DNA from: Gammaproteobacteria bacterium
GTDB lineage: Bacteria > Pseudomonadota > Gammaproteobacteria > JBCCGL01
Direction of reading: 5' to 3'
Assembly: GCA_965277715.1 (NCBI GenBank)
Contig: OZ255836.1
Coordinates: 2,400,001-2,464,000 of the forward strand
DNA length: 64,000 nt
The position numbers and the translations under genes are program-made. Shown piece by piece: positions 31,580 to 42,404 of the stretch. Each line of letters opens with the position of its first letter. The stretch's first letter is position 1. Below the pieces are notes generated by a model, which did no database searches, was not told the DNA's origin, and saw only the letters and a list, made by a program, of their open reading frames with translations.

Positions 31580-32542
31580 ATGACAATGCTAAAAAATTTA
31601 ACCAGCGGAGAGTGGGCTGTTTTAAGGGATCGGTATGTGGTTGGGCGCAATCGGACGGATGTCCATCTGTATATCGGCGATAACGATATTTCCCGTCATC
31701 ATGCCTATCTATTTTGGCAAGATAGCACTTGGCTTTTGCGTGATGTGAGCCGCAACGGTGTCTGGGTAAATAACCAACGGATCAACCCGGTGCAAGCGGT
31801 GGAGCTCAATCCACGTGACGAAATCCGCTTCGGCCAACAAAACGTCAATACCTGGGCACTGCTGGACACAAACGCACCACGGAGCGCTTTGGTGCCGATA
31901 TCACAGGATTGTGCCGTGATCACATTAGATGCATACAATGCCATACCAGCCGGGAATTCGACCCTGGAGATCATACAAGAGTCTTCAAACCGTTGGCTCC
32001 TGTGCAAGGATGGACAACTCACCGAACTGGCTGATGGCCAGTTCGTCGAGATTAACGGTGCCACTTGGCAGGCGCATCTGGTGCCTGATAATGCCAATAA
32101 TCGCGCTACGGAAAAAGTGCCACTTGAGGGTATTGACTGTATGCAGTTGCAGTTTCAGGTAAGCCATGATGAGGAGCACGTCACCCTACATGCGCAATTG
32201 GATGGCGGTTCACAAATCGACTTCGGCGAACGCACTCATCACTATTTGTTATTGATTCTGGCAAGAAAACGTTACCAAGATTGGGGGCAGGGTTTTGACG
32301 AAGCGGCCCAGGGTTGGCTAGACATGGACACGCTATGCAATATGCTCGGCATGGAAGCATCCCACGTTAATATCCAGATCCATCGGGCTCGCAAACAACT
32401 CAAAGAGGCGCTGCTCAGCATCGTTGATATCGGTGATCTGATTGAACGCCGGGTGGGCAGCTTGCGGGTGCGCGCTCGGCGATTTCAAATATACAAGGGG
32501 TCACAGCTAGAAGCTTCACTACCTTCCCTTCCAATGCAATAA
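31580..32542 (+). CDS. FHA-domain protein with C-terminal DNA-binding-like region
   Basis: VVGR..ISRHHA..DVSRNGVWVN FHA motifs; HVNIQIHRARKQL. Confidence 0.85.
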   Translation: MTMLKNLTSGEWAVLRDRYVVGRNRTDVHLYIGDNDISRHHAYLFWQDSTWLLRDVSRNGVWVNNQRINPVQAVELNPRDEIRFGQQNVNTWALLDTNAPRSALVPISQDCAVITLDAYNAIPAGNSTLEIIQESSNRWLLCKDGQLTELADGQFVEINGATWQAHLVPDNANNRATEKVPLEGIDCMQLQFQVSHDEEHVTLHAQLDGGSQIDFGERTHHYLLLILARKRYQDWGQGFDEAAQGWLDMDTLCNMLGMEASHVNIQIHRARKQLKEALLSIVDIGDLIERRVGSLRVRARRFQIYKGSQLEASLPSLPMQ

Positions 32543-32557
32543 GGGGTTTGAATACCT

Positions 32558-35500
32558 ATGGTTGAAATTCCAGGCTATCAAGATATGCATCTCATCGGCC
32601 AGGGCGCCACCGCCCAGGTGTACCGGGCGGTACAGGTGTCCACCGGCCAACTCGTCGCCATCAAGATGTTGAAATCTGAACTACAGACCCGAGGTGTCGA
32701 TCAGAGTGAACATCGTTTATCGCACGAATTACGCCTGTGCGCACAATTGCATAATCCTTACATTGTGCGGCTGATGGATCAGGGTATCTGTGCCGACGGC
32801 TCCCCCTATGTCGTTTTCGAATATATCCCCGGCCATTCCCTGGCACGTCACATCGTCCAGAGAGGCCCGCTGGGGCCATCCCAAGCCAAAGAGTTGATGC
32901 TACAAGCCTTGGACGCGCTGGCCTACGCCCATACCAGTGGCATCATCCACCGTGATCTGAAGCCACAAAATCTGATGGTCACACAAACAGGGCCACGCCT
33001 GACATTGAAGGTGCTGGATTTTGGTATCGGCATTTGGCTGAATCCACTACAGGTGAATGGCTCTGAGCGCCTGTCCCTGGCGCACGAAAACCAGGGGACA
33101 CCCGCCTATTGTGCCCCTGAACAGCTCAAGGGTGAAACGCCTGGTGTTCAATCCGATTTGTATGCCTGGGGATTGATTTTTATCGAATGCCTGACCGGCA
33201 AGCCCGTAGTAACGGGTGCGACTACCGCCGAGATCATCCGTCGCCAATTGTCTGCTGAAGAGGTTGTTTTGCCGTCGTTCATCGCCCAGCACCCAGTTGC
33301 CCACCTACTCAGAGGCGTTTTGAATAAAGATCCCGTGCGGCGCACGACCGACGCAGCGGTACTCTACGAGGCGTTGGCCGGGTTGAATTTTGCTGACATG
33401 CTGCCACCGACACACTCCATGGAGTACCCGCGTGAGGATCAGGACACCCAGACAATCCCTAACCCTGAAGCCATTCATCACACGGAGCTACGCCCACTCA
33501 CACTGCTTTGTTGCAAACTGAAAATACTGACAATCGGCGACATCCAGCCACCCAATCCGGCAGCTCTGGAGCAATTACTGGCCGACAAATTGGCAACCAG
33601 CCAAGCACTATTGAGTCGCTTTGGTGGTTATCCCGCCAACGCCCTCGGCGGGGGGGTGATGGCGTATTTCGGCTACCCTTACCACACTGATCAGGGTGCG
33701 CGCCTGGCCGCCCGCACCAGCTTGGAATTGCGCCGCACCATACAATCCTGGAACTGGGAGCTGGCACCACAGGGCCTGCGCTGTGTCATCCAGCAGGCTA
33801 TCCATAGCGGCGTAGCTCCGCTCATCAAGGACAAGCCCTTGATCAGTGAGTTGTCCAATGTTGTCCTAGGCATGCTGTTTATGCCTGCCACTGACCAGAT
33901 TCTGGTCAGCACCACCAGCCATCGTTTGCTGCAAGACTACGCCAAATTCACGCTTTCTCCGAACCCCTTGCAGCTGGAGACGGATGAGCAGATTGCGATT
34001 TACCTGTTAAAGGACGAGCAAGCCGTAGATCAACCACTTTATCAAGACATGGAACTGTTCGGCAGGTGTAAAGAGTTGGAAGTATTGCAGCAATGGTGGA
34101 ACGACTCCACAGAAAGCAGTCAGGCAGTGGTCGTGCTGGGGGACGCCGGTATGGGCAAATCAACTCTGGTCAAGTCTTTCACAGAACAGATCAGGGCCAC
34201 AGGTAATCCTTGCCTTTTTTTGCGCTGTCTACCCGAGTACCACCAAAGCGCCTTGCACCCCATCCTGAAAGGATTGGAGCAGGCCCTGGGTTTGACCCGC
34301 TCAGAAAGTGTTGAGGCACGTCGCACACGGTTGCACCAGTCCTTGACAGATGCCGGGGTGGACGATGCCAGCACTTTCGAGGTGCTCTGTTATTGGCTGA
34401 ATGTGCCCAGCGCCAATCCCGAACAACGTCAGCATTTCTCTCCAGAAAGGCAGAAGCAATTGCTTTACATGGCGCTGTATCCGTTAATTCTTACACTTGG
34501 TCGACAAAGAGAACAACAAGACATCCTATTGCTGGTCATCGAAGATATCCATTGGTTGGATTCCGTCAGCCTGGAATTCATCAAGACGCTACAGCAACAG
34601 ACCGACGGTGGACGAATGCTACTTTTGATGACATCCAGACCCCGGGAGAATCTGGATGAATTACTGCAGTGGATACCGCATCAACTGCCATTGCCGCCTT
34701 TGGCCGAACCTGCCAGCCTAACTCTGGCACAGTGGTTTCTTGGCGAACGGGCCAATGATCTGGCGCTGGTGCGCAAGCTAGTGGAGCGCAGTGGGGGCGT
34801 TCCGCTGTTCATTCGGGAACTGGCGCACATGGCCGATAGCAGCCAGTTAGATACAGAGTTGCCACTGTCCCTGACAGATATTCTGGGTAGCCGTATCAAC
34901 GCCCTGAGGGACGCCAAGGCCACGGCGCAATGGGCCGCCGTGCTCGGCGACAACCTCCAGACAGACTGGCTGGCGGATTTGATGAGCGCGACGTCGGCCC
35001 AGGTGCAAACCCAATTGCACAGCCTGTGCGAGACCGGCCTGCTGTACCGGGAACAGGACAGCCCGGAGCACGGCTATGGCTTTACCCACGCTCTGTATCG
35101 GGACGCCGCCTACCAGCAGATCACCGCTCACCAACGGTGCGAGATGCACAATCGAGTAGCCCGACTGTGCGAAAACCGGCTTAGCCGGGACGAACACCTC
35201 GATGCCGCCCTCATTGCGCGCCACTATGCCAAGGGGCGCAGTTTTTTAAAAGCCGCACGTTTCGCCCTCCAGGCAGTGCGTGACAATCTGGGCATGGCTT
35301 TATCTCAGCAGGCACTGGAAATGATCTCGGAGCTGTTGAAATGGTCCGAGAACTTGCCGGACTCCGAGCGGCACAACGTGCAATTGCAAGCCTATGAGCT
35401 ACGCGGGCAGGCATCGACCCACCAGCTGGGCTGGGCACATCCCACCGTGTTGGACAATGTGCAAAAGACGCAAGAATTTATGCAGCAAAAGGCGCTGCTA

Positions 35501-36451
35501 TCAACCCACAAGGTAAAGGCGGCAACCCTGTGGTCGCTGGGCACCTTCTATCATGTATCCAGTCAACGCGCCATGGTCCATCAGGTTGCTGGCCAACTGG
35601 TTGATATGGCGGACAACTTGCTGGACGATGGCCTCGCCATTCTGGGGGAGTGCCTGCATGGTCAAGGGCACTGGATCGATGGTCACTACGACCAAGCGGA
35701 GGAAAACCTGTGCAAGGTTCGCACTCTGTATGACCCGGCGCAGCATCAGATTCTGGCGCGAGACTATACGCTGGATGCCCATGTCTGGGCGACTTCGTCC
35801 CTAGGGCTGGTGCGCTGGTTTCAGGGGAAAGCGGATGACGCGCATCAATATACCCGACAAGCCACCGAACGAGCCAGGGCGATGGGGCATATGCCATCTC
35901 TGGGTATTGCTATGATGTACCGGGCTTATGTCCATCAGTACGAGCAGGATCGTAGTAAAACCAATGAAGTTGCCACTGAATTACTGTCTCTGGCAAACAC
36001 CTACGGCCTTTCGGCGGTTATGGGATACGCCTCGGCATTAGTGGGGTGGGCGACCGATGACCTGGAGCGAATTACCGCCACCTTGGGGCAACTCAAGGGG
36101 CTCGGTTGTCTACTCGGCGTAACCTATCTGCAATCCATGGCGGCAGAAGTTAGCCTGCGACAGGGCGACACAACGCAGGCACTAGACCTGCTCAACGAAG
36201 GCCTACAGATAGCGCAGGAAACTGGTGAACAGTATTTTTTGACCATTCTTTATCAACAAAAGGCCCATTGTCTTTTGTCTGCCGGCCTTCCCGCCCAAAG
36301 CGTGCTGCAATGCTTGGATCGCGCTCGCCAGCTGAGCCAAGTGCAAGCCATCAGGCCGGACAGCTACCAGTACCTGTTTGAGGATTACCGGGACGATCAG
36401 CGGTTGGCGCCATATTGGTCGCCGTCGCGGCACCAAAAAACAGTAGTGTAA
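32558..36451 (+). CDS. TOMM-system kinase/cyclase fusion (Ser/Thr kinase, cyclase-like, STAND ATPase, helical repeats)
   Basis: IGQGATAQVY, VAIK, HRDLKPQN, DFG, GTPAYCAPE; GDAGMGKST; LLVIEDIHW. Confidence 0.88.
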   Translation: MVEIPGYQDMHLIGQGATAQVYRAVQVSTGQLVAIKMLKSELQTRGVDQSEHRLSHELRLCAQLHNPYIVRLMDQGICADGSPYVVFEYIPGHSLARHIVQRGPLGPSQAKELMLQALDALAYAHTSGIIHRDLKPQNLMVTQTGPRLTLKVLDFGIGIWLNPLQVNGSERLSLAHENQGTPAYCAPEQLKGETPGVQSDLYAWGLIFIECLTGKPVVTGATTAEIIRRQLSAEEVVLPSFIAQHPVAHLLRGVLNKDPVRRTTDAAVLYEALAGLNFADMLPPTHSMEYPREDQDTQTIPNPEAIHHTELRPLTLLCCKLKILTIGDIQPPNPAALEQLLADKLATSQALLSRFGGYPANALGGGVMAYFGYPYHTDQGARLAARTSLELRRTIQSWNWELAPQGLRCVIQQAIHSGVAPLIKDKPLISELSNVVLGMLFMPATDQILVSTTSHRLLQDYAKFTLSPNPLQLETDEQIAIYLLKDEQAVDQPLYQDMELFGRCKELEVLQQWWNDSTESSQAVVVLGDAGMGKSTLVKSFTEQIRATGNPCLFLRCLPEYHQSALHPILKGLEQALGLTRSESVEARRTRLHQSLTDAGVDDASTFEVLCYWLNVPSANPEQRQHFSPERQKQLLYMALYPLILTLGRQREQQDILLLVIEDIHWLDSVSLEFIKTLQQQTDGGRMLLLMTSRPRENLDELLQWIPHQLPLPPLAEPASLTLAQWFLGERANDLALVRKLVERSGGVPLFIRELAHMADSSQLDTELPLSLTDILGSRINALRDAKATAQWAAVLGDNLQTDWLADLMSATSAQVQTQLHSLCETGLLYREQDSPEHGYGFTHALYRDAAYQQITAHQRCEMHNRVARLCENRLSRDEHLDAALIARHYAKGRSFLKAARFALQAVRDNLGMALSQQALEMISELLKWSENLPDSERHNVQLQAYELRGQASTHQLGWAHPTVLDNVQKTQEFMQQKALLSTHKVKAATLWSLGTFYHVSSQRAMVHQVAGQLVDMADNLLDDGLAILGECLHGQGHWIDGHYDQAEENLCKVRTLYDPAQHQILARDYTLDAHVWATSSLGLVRWFQGKADDAHQYTRQATERARAMGHMPSLGIAMMYRAYVHQYEQDRSKTNEVATELLSLANTYGLSAVMGYASALVGWATDDLERITATLGQLKGLGCLLGVTYLQSMAAEVSLRQGDTTQALDLLNEGLQIAQETGEQYFLTILYQQKAHCLLSAGLPAQSVLQCLDRARQLSQVQAIRPDSYQYLFEDYRDDQRLAPYWSPSRHQKTVV

Positions 36452-36612
36452 TGGCGTGTAATAGGCACACAGGAAGTGATTCGATAAGCTGATCTCAGGT
36501 TTCTGCTGTACGACAGTAGTTTCCCTGCTAATGAGAAGTCAAACAACCACCATCGAATTTGACACCATTGGTTTATCTATCTCCTTTATTAATAAAACCT
36601 AGAGTATCTGAA

Positions 36613-36954
36613 ATGAACGACGAACAATCTGTCTATGATAAATTTCTAAAATTTCGGGCAGTCATTATTCAAGCCATTGCGCTGGCATGGAAAGATGACA
36701 AGTTCAATAATTTGCTAAAAGAAAATCCAAAAGTCGCACTTAAAGAGGCTTTCAATTATACCTGTCCTTTCGATATCAATATTGGAACCAATCCGAACAA
36801 TGCCTCATGGAAGACTACCATTCAGGGAAGCTGGATGGTCAGCACACAAAATGAGCTACAACTGGTGTTGCCGCCCAAGCCAGAAAATAAGTGCGATGAA
36901 ACCTGTGCACTCGTCAATTACAACGTTAATCATCTCACTTTTTTAAACAACTAA
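36613..36954 (+). CDS. BMA_0021/BMA_0022-like NHLP-related precursor
   Basis: FRAVIIQAIALAWKDDKF..NPKVALKEAFNY..LVLPPKP. Confidence 0.8.
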   Translation: MNDEQSVYDKFLKFRAVIIQAIALAWKDDKFNNLLKENPKVALKEAFNYTCPFDINIGTNPNNASWKTTIQGSWMVSTQNELQLVLPPKPENKCDETCALVNYNVNHLTFLNN

Positions 36955-36985
36955 TACCACCAACCTTATTTAGGGAGTGTCTCTG

Positions 36986-37342
36986 ATGCCACGCAATAAC
37001 GAATTACCCTCTTACCAAACCCTGATTGAGTTTCAGGAAATTTATCTCCGCGCCATCGCCTTGGCTTGGAGTGATGATACGTTCAAAAAACAACTTCTGA
37101 ACAATGCCGAGACAGCTTTTCGAGATTATTTCGGTTACGTCTGCCCATGGAATGTAGCGCTGTCAGTAGTTGAGCCTTACCCAACTGATGACTATAAATG
37201 GAATAGTGATCTGATGTACTGGAACCTGCCAAAAAACTCCATCAAGATCGGTATACCGACAAAACCTGATGAAGATAATCAGCCTATAGCACTGGCCGCC
37301 TATAATGACGCAGGGCCAACCTACTTGTTTACCTGCTGTTAA
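36986..37342 (+). CDS. BMA_0021/BMA_0022-like TOMM precursor ending YLFTCC
   Basis: EFQEIYLRAIALAWSDDTF..YFGYVCPW..ALAAYNDAGPTYLFTCC. Confidence 0.85.
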   Translation: MPRNNELPSYQTLIEFQEIYLRAIALAWSDDTFKKQLLNNAETAFRDYFGYVCPWNVALSVVEPYPTDDYKWNSDLMYWNLPKNSIKIGIPTKPDEDNQPIALAAYNDAGPTYLFTCC

Positions 37343-37547
37343 CCCTTCCCTCTACACCCCATTCATTGCCTGGGTAACCAGGCAATGGGCCTTAGTCCGT
37401 TATCAGATCGTTGACGCTCTACTTATGTGGCGCGATATGACGTTAAATAGCGTCAAAAATACTCATTTACGCCCAGTAAAGCGGTCATTTTTACCTTATT
37501 TCGCACTTGTCTGAGCGAATTTCAACCACCTGCTGACGTTTCTACTT

Positions 37548-39641
37548 ATGCTGTCACTGAATCATAAACCACGTTTCGCTTCTGACCGTAAAGTCATCCT
37601 GCTTGATCAGAAAGTTTACATCATCGCCCCTCGCCAAACCACGGTACACAGGGCACCAGCCACCATCGCTTTATGCCAACACATAGACGGAAAGAGCAAG
37701 GTGACCGAACTGCTGGACAAACTGGCCTCAAAGCACGCTGAGCCAGAGCTTTTATACCGATTGCAGCAACTGCTTGAACACGGTCACATCGAGCTGCAGC
37801 AGACAGCGCCACCGGTCGGTGCGAACGATATCCTCGATCATTGGCGGCAAGACCTGCAAATGCAATTTACACAAACCGCTGGCCAAGCCATTTCTCTGTT
37901 TTTTCTCTCCGATCCGTTCAACCAAGATGCCATCATCCATCTGCGCGAAAGTTGGAAGGCCGGGGAAAGATTAATCCTGGCCCATCCTTATGGAGAAACA
38001 CCTTGGCTGAGTACACCACTGGGGCAAGGCGGGCCATGTCCTTTCTGCCTGCTGTTCTGGTTGCGCCACAATCGGCCAATGCAGCGTTTCCTGGGGCGAC
38101 AACGCCAAGCCGTGACGCTACATCCGGGCCACCCCAAACCGGCTAACCAGCAGGTATTGAACACCCTGTTAGAACAACTGCTGACCCGGTTGCAACAAGA
38201 CATGTCCAATGGCTGGGCCAAACTTATCGCCTGGGATGCGAGTCATGAGGGCGCACAATCCCACACGTTGCAGCAGCGGCCCCAATGCGGACTATGTGGT
38301 AACCCCGGCTGGCTGGCAGAGCAGGCTAGCCAATCACTCCAACTCCGCCAGGGGGCCATTGCCACCCAAAGCGCCGGGCTGCGTAGCGAAAAACCCGGTC
38401 AAACCTACCAGCGTCTTAGCCATCTGATCAGCCCATTGTGTGGCCCGGTGGCCTACTTGCACCCCATGCCGGGTCGCCATGCCGATTCACGCTACGTGTA
38501 TGCCGCTGGCTACCTCAACTGCCCGAAGCAATTGAGTGGAGCGAATGACTTCGACAAACTATGTGCTGGCAAGGGCGACCACTCCGAACAGGCTCGCACC
38601 AGCGCATTGTGTGAAACCATCGAGCGATTCAGCGGGCAGTATCAGGGCGACGAACCTCGCAAGCGTAGCCGTCAGGCCGATCTGACGGAGCCCAGCTATG
38701 GGTTTGACGCCTTGCAACTTTTCAGCGCTCGGCAAAAGGCTAGGCGCAGTCAAATCAATCAAACCACCAGCGACCCGCGCAAACAAATCCCCCTGGGTTT
38801 TGATCCTTACAGTCTAATCGATTGGACCCCGGCCTGGTCTCTCAGCAACAAACAGCACGTTTGGGTACCGCTCGGTTACTGCTATGCTGAGGCCCCGCTG
38901 CAAAGCGGCATCGCCTTTGGTATTCACAATCCAAATGGCAGTGCCGCAGGCAGCCATCTGGATGAGGCCATCTTGCAGGGATTGCTGGAATTGATCGAAC
39001 GGGATGCAGTGGCTATCTGGTGGTACAACCGCCTGCTTCGGCCTAAGGTAGATCTCGCTGATTTCGCCATTCCATACTGGAATACCCTGGCAGCAGAGTA
39101 TGCCGATCAGGATTACGATTTTTGGGTGCTGGACCTGACCCACGACCTGGCGACACCTTGCTTCACAGCCATCGCCCAACACCGCCAGCAGGCGCATTAC
39201 GCCATCGGCTTTGGCTGCCACCTGGATCATCGCATTGCCATCAACCGCGCCATCACCGAGCTGAACCAATTGTTCGACCCTGGTGCCAATCGGATTAACC
39301 CTTGGAATCAAGACCTCCTGGTCAATAGCGACTTTCTGCACCCTGATCCTGCGCAAACTCCCCGCCGCCGCACTGACTACGTAGAGCCAACCATCCGTTC
39401 AACGACCGAAGTGCTTGAGTTTTGTACCCGGCGCATAGAACAACAGAGCATGGAAGTGTTGGTGGTCAACAAAAGCCGACCGGATCTTGGCCTCAAGGTC
39501 GCTCAGGTGGTCATACCGGGATTGCGCCACTTCTGGCCCAGATTCGGGCCGGGGCGCTTGTATGATGTGCCAATGAAGCTGGGGTGGCGGCAGACTGCGC
39601 TCGCCGAAGGTGAGCTCAATCCAGCGTTGTTGTTTTTGTAG
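37548..39641 (+). CDS. Fused TOMM cyclodehydratase (leader-binding/E1-like plus YcaO)
   Basis: CPFC, QRPQCGLCG, AGKG..SALCETIERFS, NGSAAG..GLLELIERDA, PGLRHFWPRFGPGRLYDVP. Confidence 0.9.
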   Translation: MLSLNHKPRFASDRKVILLDQKVYIIAPRQTTVHRAPATIALCQHIDGKSKVTELLDKLASKHAEPELLYRLQQLLEHGHIELQQTAPPVGANDILDHWRQDLQMQFTQTAGQAISLFFLSDPFNQDAIIHLRESWKAGERLILAHPYGETPWLSTPLGQGGPCPFCLLFWLRHNRPMQRFLGRQRQAVTLHPGHPKPANQQVLNTLLEQLLTRLQQDMSNGWAKLIAWDASHEGAQSHTLQQRPQCGLCGNPGWLAEQASQSLQLRQGAIATQSAGLRSEKPGQTYQRLSHLISPLCGPVAYLHPMPGRHADSRYVYAAGYLNCPKQLSGANDFDKLCAGKGDHSEQARTSALCETIERFSGQYQGDEPRKRSRQADLTEPSYGFDALQLFSARQKARRSQINQTTSDPRKQIPLGFDPYSLIDWTPAWSLSNKQHVWVPLGYCYAEAPLQSGIAFGIHNPNGSAAGSHLDEAILQGLLELIERDAVAIWWYNRLLRPKVDLADFAIPYWNTLAAEYADQDYDFWVLDLTHDLATPCFTAIAQHRQQAHYAIGFGCHLDHRIAINRAITELNQLFDPGANRINPWNQDLLVNSDFLHPDPAQTPRRRTDYVEPTIRSTTEVLEFCTRRIEQQSMEVLVVNKSRPDLGLKVAQVVIPGLRHFWPRFGPGRLYDVPMKLGWRQTALAEGELNPALLFL

Positions 39642-40148
39642 AAAGGATATGAATGTAATGGGCATATAAAAGGACTGTCGATATCGTTTATTCCACAGCA
39701 TGTGAATAAAGAGTTCAATCTCATTTTATAATCCTGTAAATGCTAAACGCTGATCAGCGATGAAGCGGTATTTTAAGATTACTGTGTAGCTAAATTTTTC
39801 TGGAGCCGTGGCAATCGATTGCTGTACGATCATTAGAGGATGAATCAATCGACACCCTTGATTAGGTTTTTCGCTCTTCAGACGTTGAGCTAATATTTAC
39901 TTGTATCTCACGAGCTTTTTTGACCAATTCTTCTATTTCTTTTCTGCCACTTATTCCTCCACACCGTTAGGTAGTTTGTCTTCGGCACTTAGTTCGGCGA
40001 GTTTCTATTCTAGAGCCAGCCACAAAATTTCAAAAGCATGGGAGAGTAGTACTTGATTAAGAAGCGAGGCACCACCTACATTGTTTAATGACCGAATTAA
40101 TTTAAAGATGCAGTAAACGCCTGGTGAAGCGAAGAGAAACGAATTTTA

Positions 40149-40245
40149 ACCGTTCTATAAGCCAATAAAAAAGCCTCCGGTATACGAGGCTTTAACAAAA
40201 AATACTTTGTTTATACTAAATAACTAGCCTGATCCGAATGGCACT
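40149..40245. repeat. Partial 119-bp element followed by a MITE tip (GAATGGCACT)
   Basis: Matches the right ~85 bp of the 20577-20695 element. Confidence 0.75.
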
Positions 40246-40426
40246 CAGGACGCTGAACAATAACTACTACTAACCCAGAACGGCAAAGCCCCATACCAAA
40301 CGGGGCTATATTCACACAAAACTCTATTTGATTGATATTAAATTGCATTGACCCCTTTTTCGGGTTGGGTTATTTAAGAGCGAAAACCTTCGAGTGATCG
40401 GGTTTAATCGCTCTCAAATGAAAGAA

Positions 40427-40711
40427 TCAACTATAAACTTGCATATCAATAATTGTCCCTGGTCTTGCACCATCTGAGGATGTAAGAACCCAGAACTTGT
40501 TCTGTTGAGCAAATTGCGCAGACTCGAACTGCTCCTTTGTAACTCCTAAATTCGAGCGAAATTTACCACTGTTGTCAAGTATAGAAATCATATACTGTGG
40601 GTATCCAGGTGACGACATGTTGCACGTTATCGTTACGTGCCCCCAAAATAATTCGTTGCTGCTAACGGTTTCGGCTGCTTCAGCAGGTGTTGGTGTATTT
40701 TGATTAGCCAT
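40427..40711 (-). CDS. Hypothetical protein captured between end motifs
   Basis: 94 aa, SD AGAGGA; TGACCCC at 40349 and purine tract/GGGGTCA at 41012-42411. Confidence 0.55.
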   Translation of the reverse strand: MANQNTPTPAEAAETVSSNELFWGHVTITCNMSSPGYPQYMISILDNSGKFRSNLGVTKEQFESAQFAQQNKFWVLTSSDGARPGTIIDMQVYS

Positions 40712-41075
40712 TTCTAAATCCTCTGTTTTTAAAAAAATGTGTAAATTACATTCAGGAATTTATTCTTTTGTTAGATTAAAATCCTGTTACAGATAATAGC
40801 CTATTGGTCTCTATTTACTATTACACTCTATTACACTATTAAAACTAGAAGATTAATGTTTTTCATTGGTCAGAAAGACGCATTTTTGTCATAACAGCCT
40901 GTTATCGAGGAACGAATCCTCGATAACAATATTATGTGGAATCGCGATAATTTCGCGAGACTGAGCTCACAAAGACACACTAAAATATTGATTAATATGA
41001 CAAAACCCTACGAAGGAAGGAAAAGAGGAAAAAGGATCAGAAAAGGAAAAGAAGAAAAGGAGAGAAAAGAAGGAA

Positions 41076-42394
41076 GGTTCTTCCCCGATTATTGTGAAGC
41101 CACTGGTTCCCTATCCAGCTTTCCGCAGTAAAACAAAATACTCCGCCGGTAGCTTTCAAACGAACGAAACCCTCTTGCATTCGATTTGACTGTCTGAATT
41201 TTTGAATTCAAACCCTCTGACACGGCATTACTTATTGTGTGCTTAAACCATGTCAATATGTTCGGCATGTGCGTTTTTATCATCTTGGCCACTTTCTTTA
41301 TGCTGTCCAATCGGCACCGAATTGCCCACGCATACCATGCGCTAAAGAAACGCTTTGCCCAACCCGCTGTCTTATACGTCCAAAAATCACGAAACAGTTC
41401 TTTTATCGCCCAGGCTCGGGCTGTCAATAACTGATCATGCTTGAGTGACTCAAAGTGCTCGGCTGCTTTGTTAGACAAATTTTCTTCATTTTTTAACCAG
41501 TGATAACGACTCTTTTTCAACCGGCTATCGCCCTGTGACAAAAGGTCTCTATGTTCATCACGACGGACCTGATCCACCGCCTTATTCAGGTGTTGGCTAA
41601 TATGAAAACGGTCGTGAACAATCGCACTGTCTGACAGTTTTACCTCAACAGCATTAATGAACGCAGGCCACCTATCAATCGCGACAGCTTTCACCTGTTC
41701 TCGCTGGTTATCCGTCAGCGCAACCTCCAACGCCTCCTCACAGGTTGCCTGGGTGCGATCTTTCACTCCATCCAATACTCGCCCTCCATCGATATCATTG
41801 ATGAGCGTCACATAGTCATGCCCTTTACGGTGGGACTTCTCATCAATACCCAGGTACTCAATTGTCACCAATTCCCGACGCGAAAGTCCCCGCTCGACAG
41901 CGCGGGCTTTGATGGCTTCCACTGCGTTCCAGCTAAGCCCCAGTAACTTACGCGCCTCTTCGACGCTACGTGAGGCTTGCAACACCCTGATGGAAAATAA
42001 TTCAAACAACAACGTAAAACGACTGCGCTTGCTTGCCCAGGGTAACACCATACTTTTAACACCATGCTCCAGACAATTTACTCGGGGAATGCGACTGTGT
42101 AGGCGCGTTTCAAACTGCATAGTATCCAGGTGTCTCCAGGATCGCTCTTGTGAACGGTGATCATAGAACGGACTCACTTCGCCACAGTGCGAACAAGGGC
42201 CGTGGTTGCCGCTAAATGCCAACGAAATGGATACTTTTAACCCTGAAGGGTCTAAATCAACTGATGTCACTGACCAGTCATCTGTCAGGCCCAGGAGCTG
42301 GCTGTAGTGTTCTTCAAGGCTCGATAGCACCGGAGTCTCTCAATAGCAAAGGGGGGATGAAATACTATAACCTCACACAAACCGGGGAAGAACC
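41076..42394 (-). mobile_element. ISL3-family insertion sequence (transposase 41089-42330)
   Basis: IRs GGTTCTTCCCCG / CGGGGAAGAACC; 8-bp target duplication AGAAGGAA; GIDE, DRFH, SEGLNSKI motifs. Confidence 0.93.
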
Positions 42395-42404
42395 AGAAGG
42401 AAAA

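Noticed and set aside
39700-40140. Possible decayed gene after YcaO
   Set aside because: Multiple stops and no recognisable motif
40934-41131. Lys/Glu/Arg-rich 65-aa ORF
   Set aside because: Chance translation of the purine linker and ISL3 end
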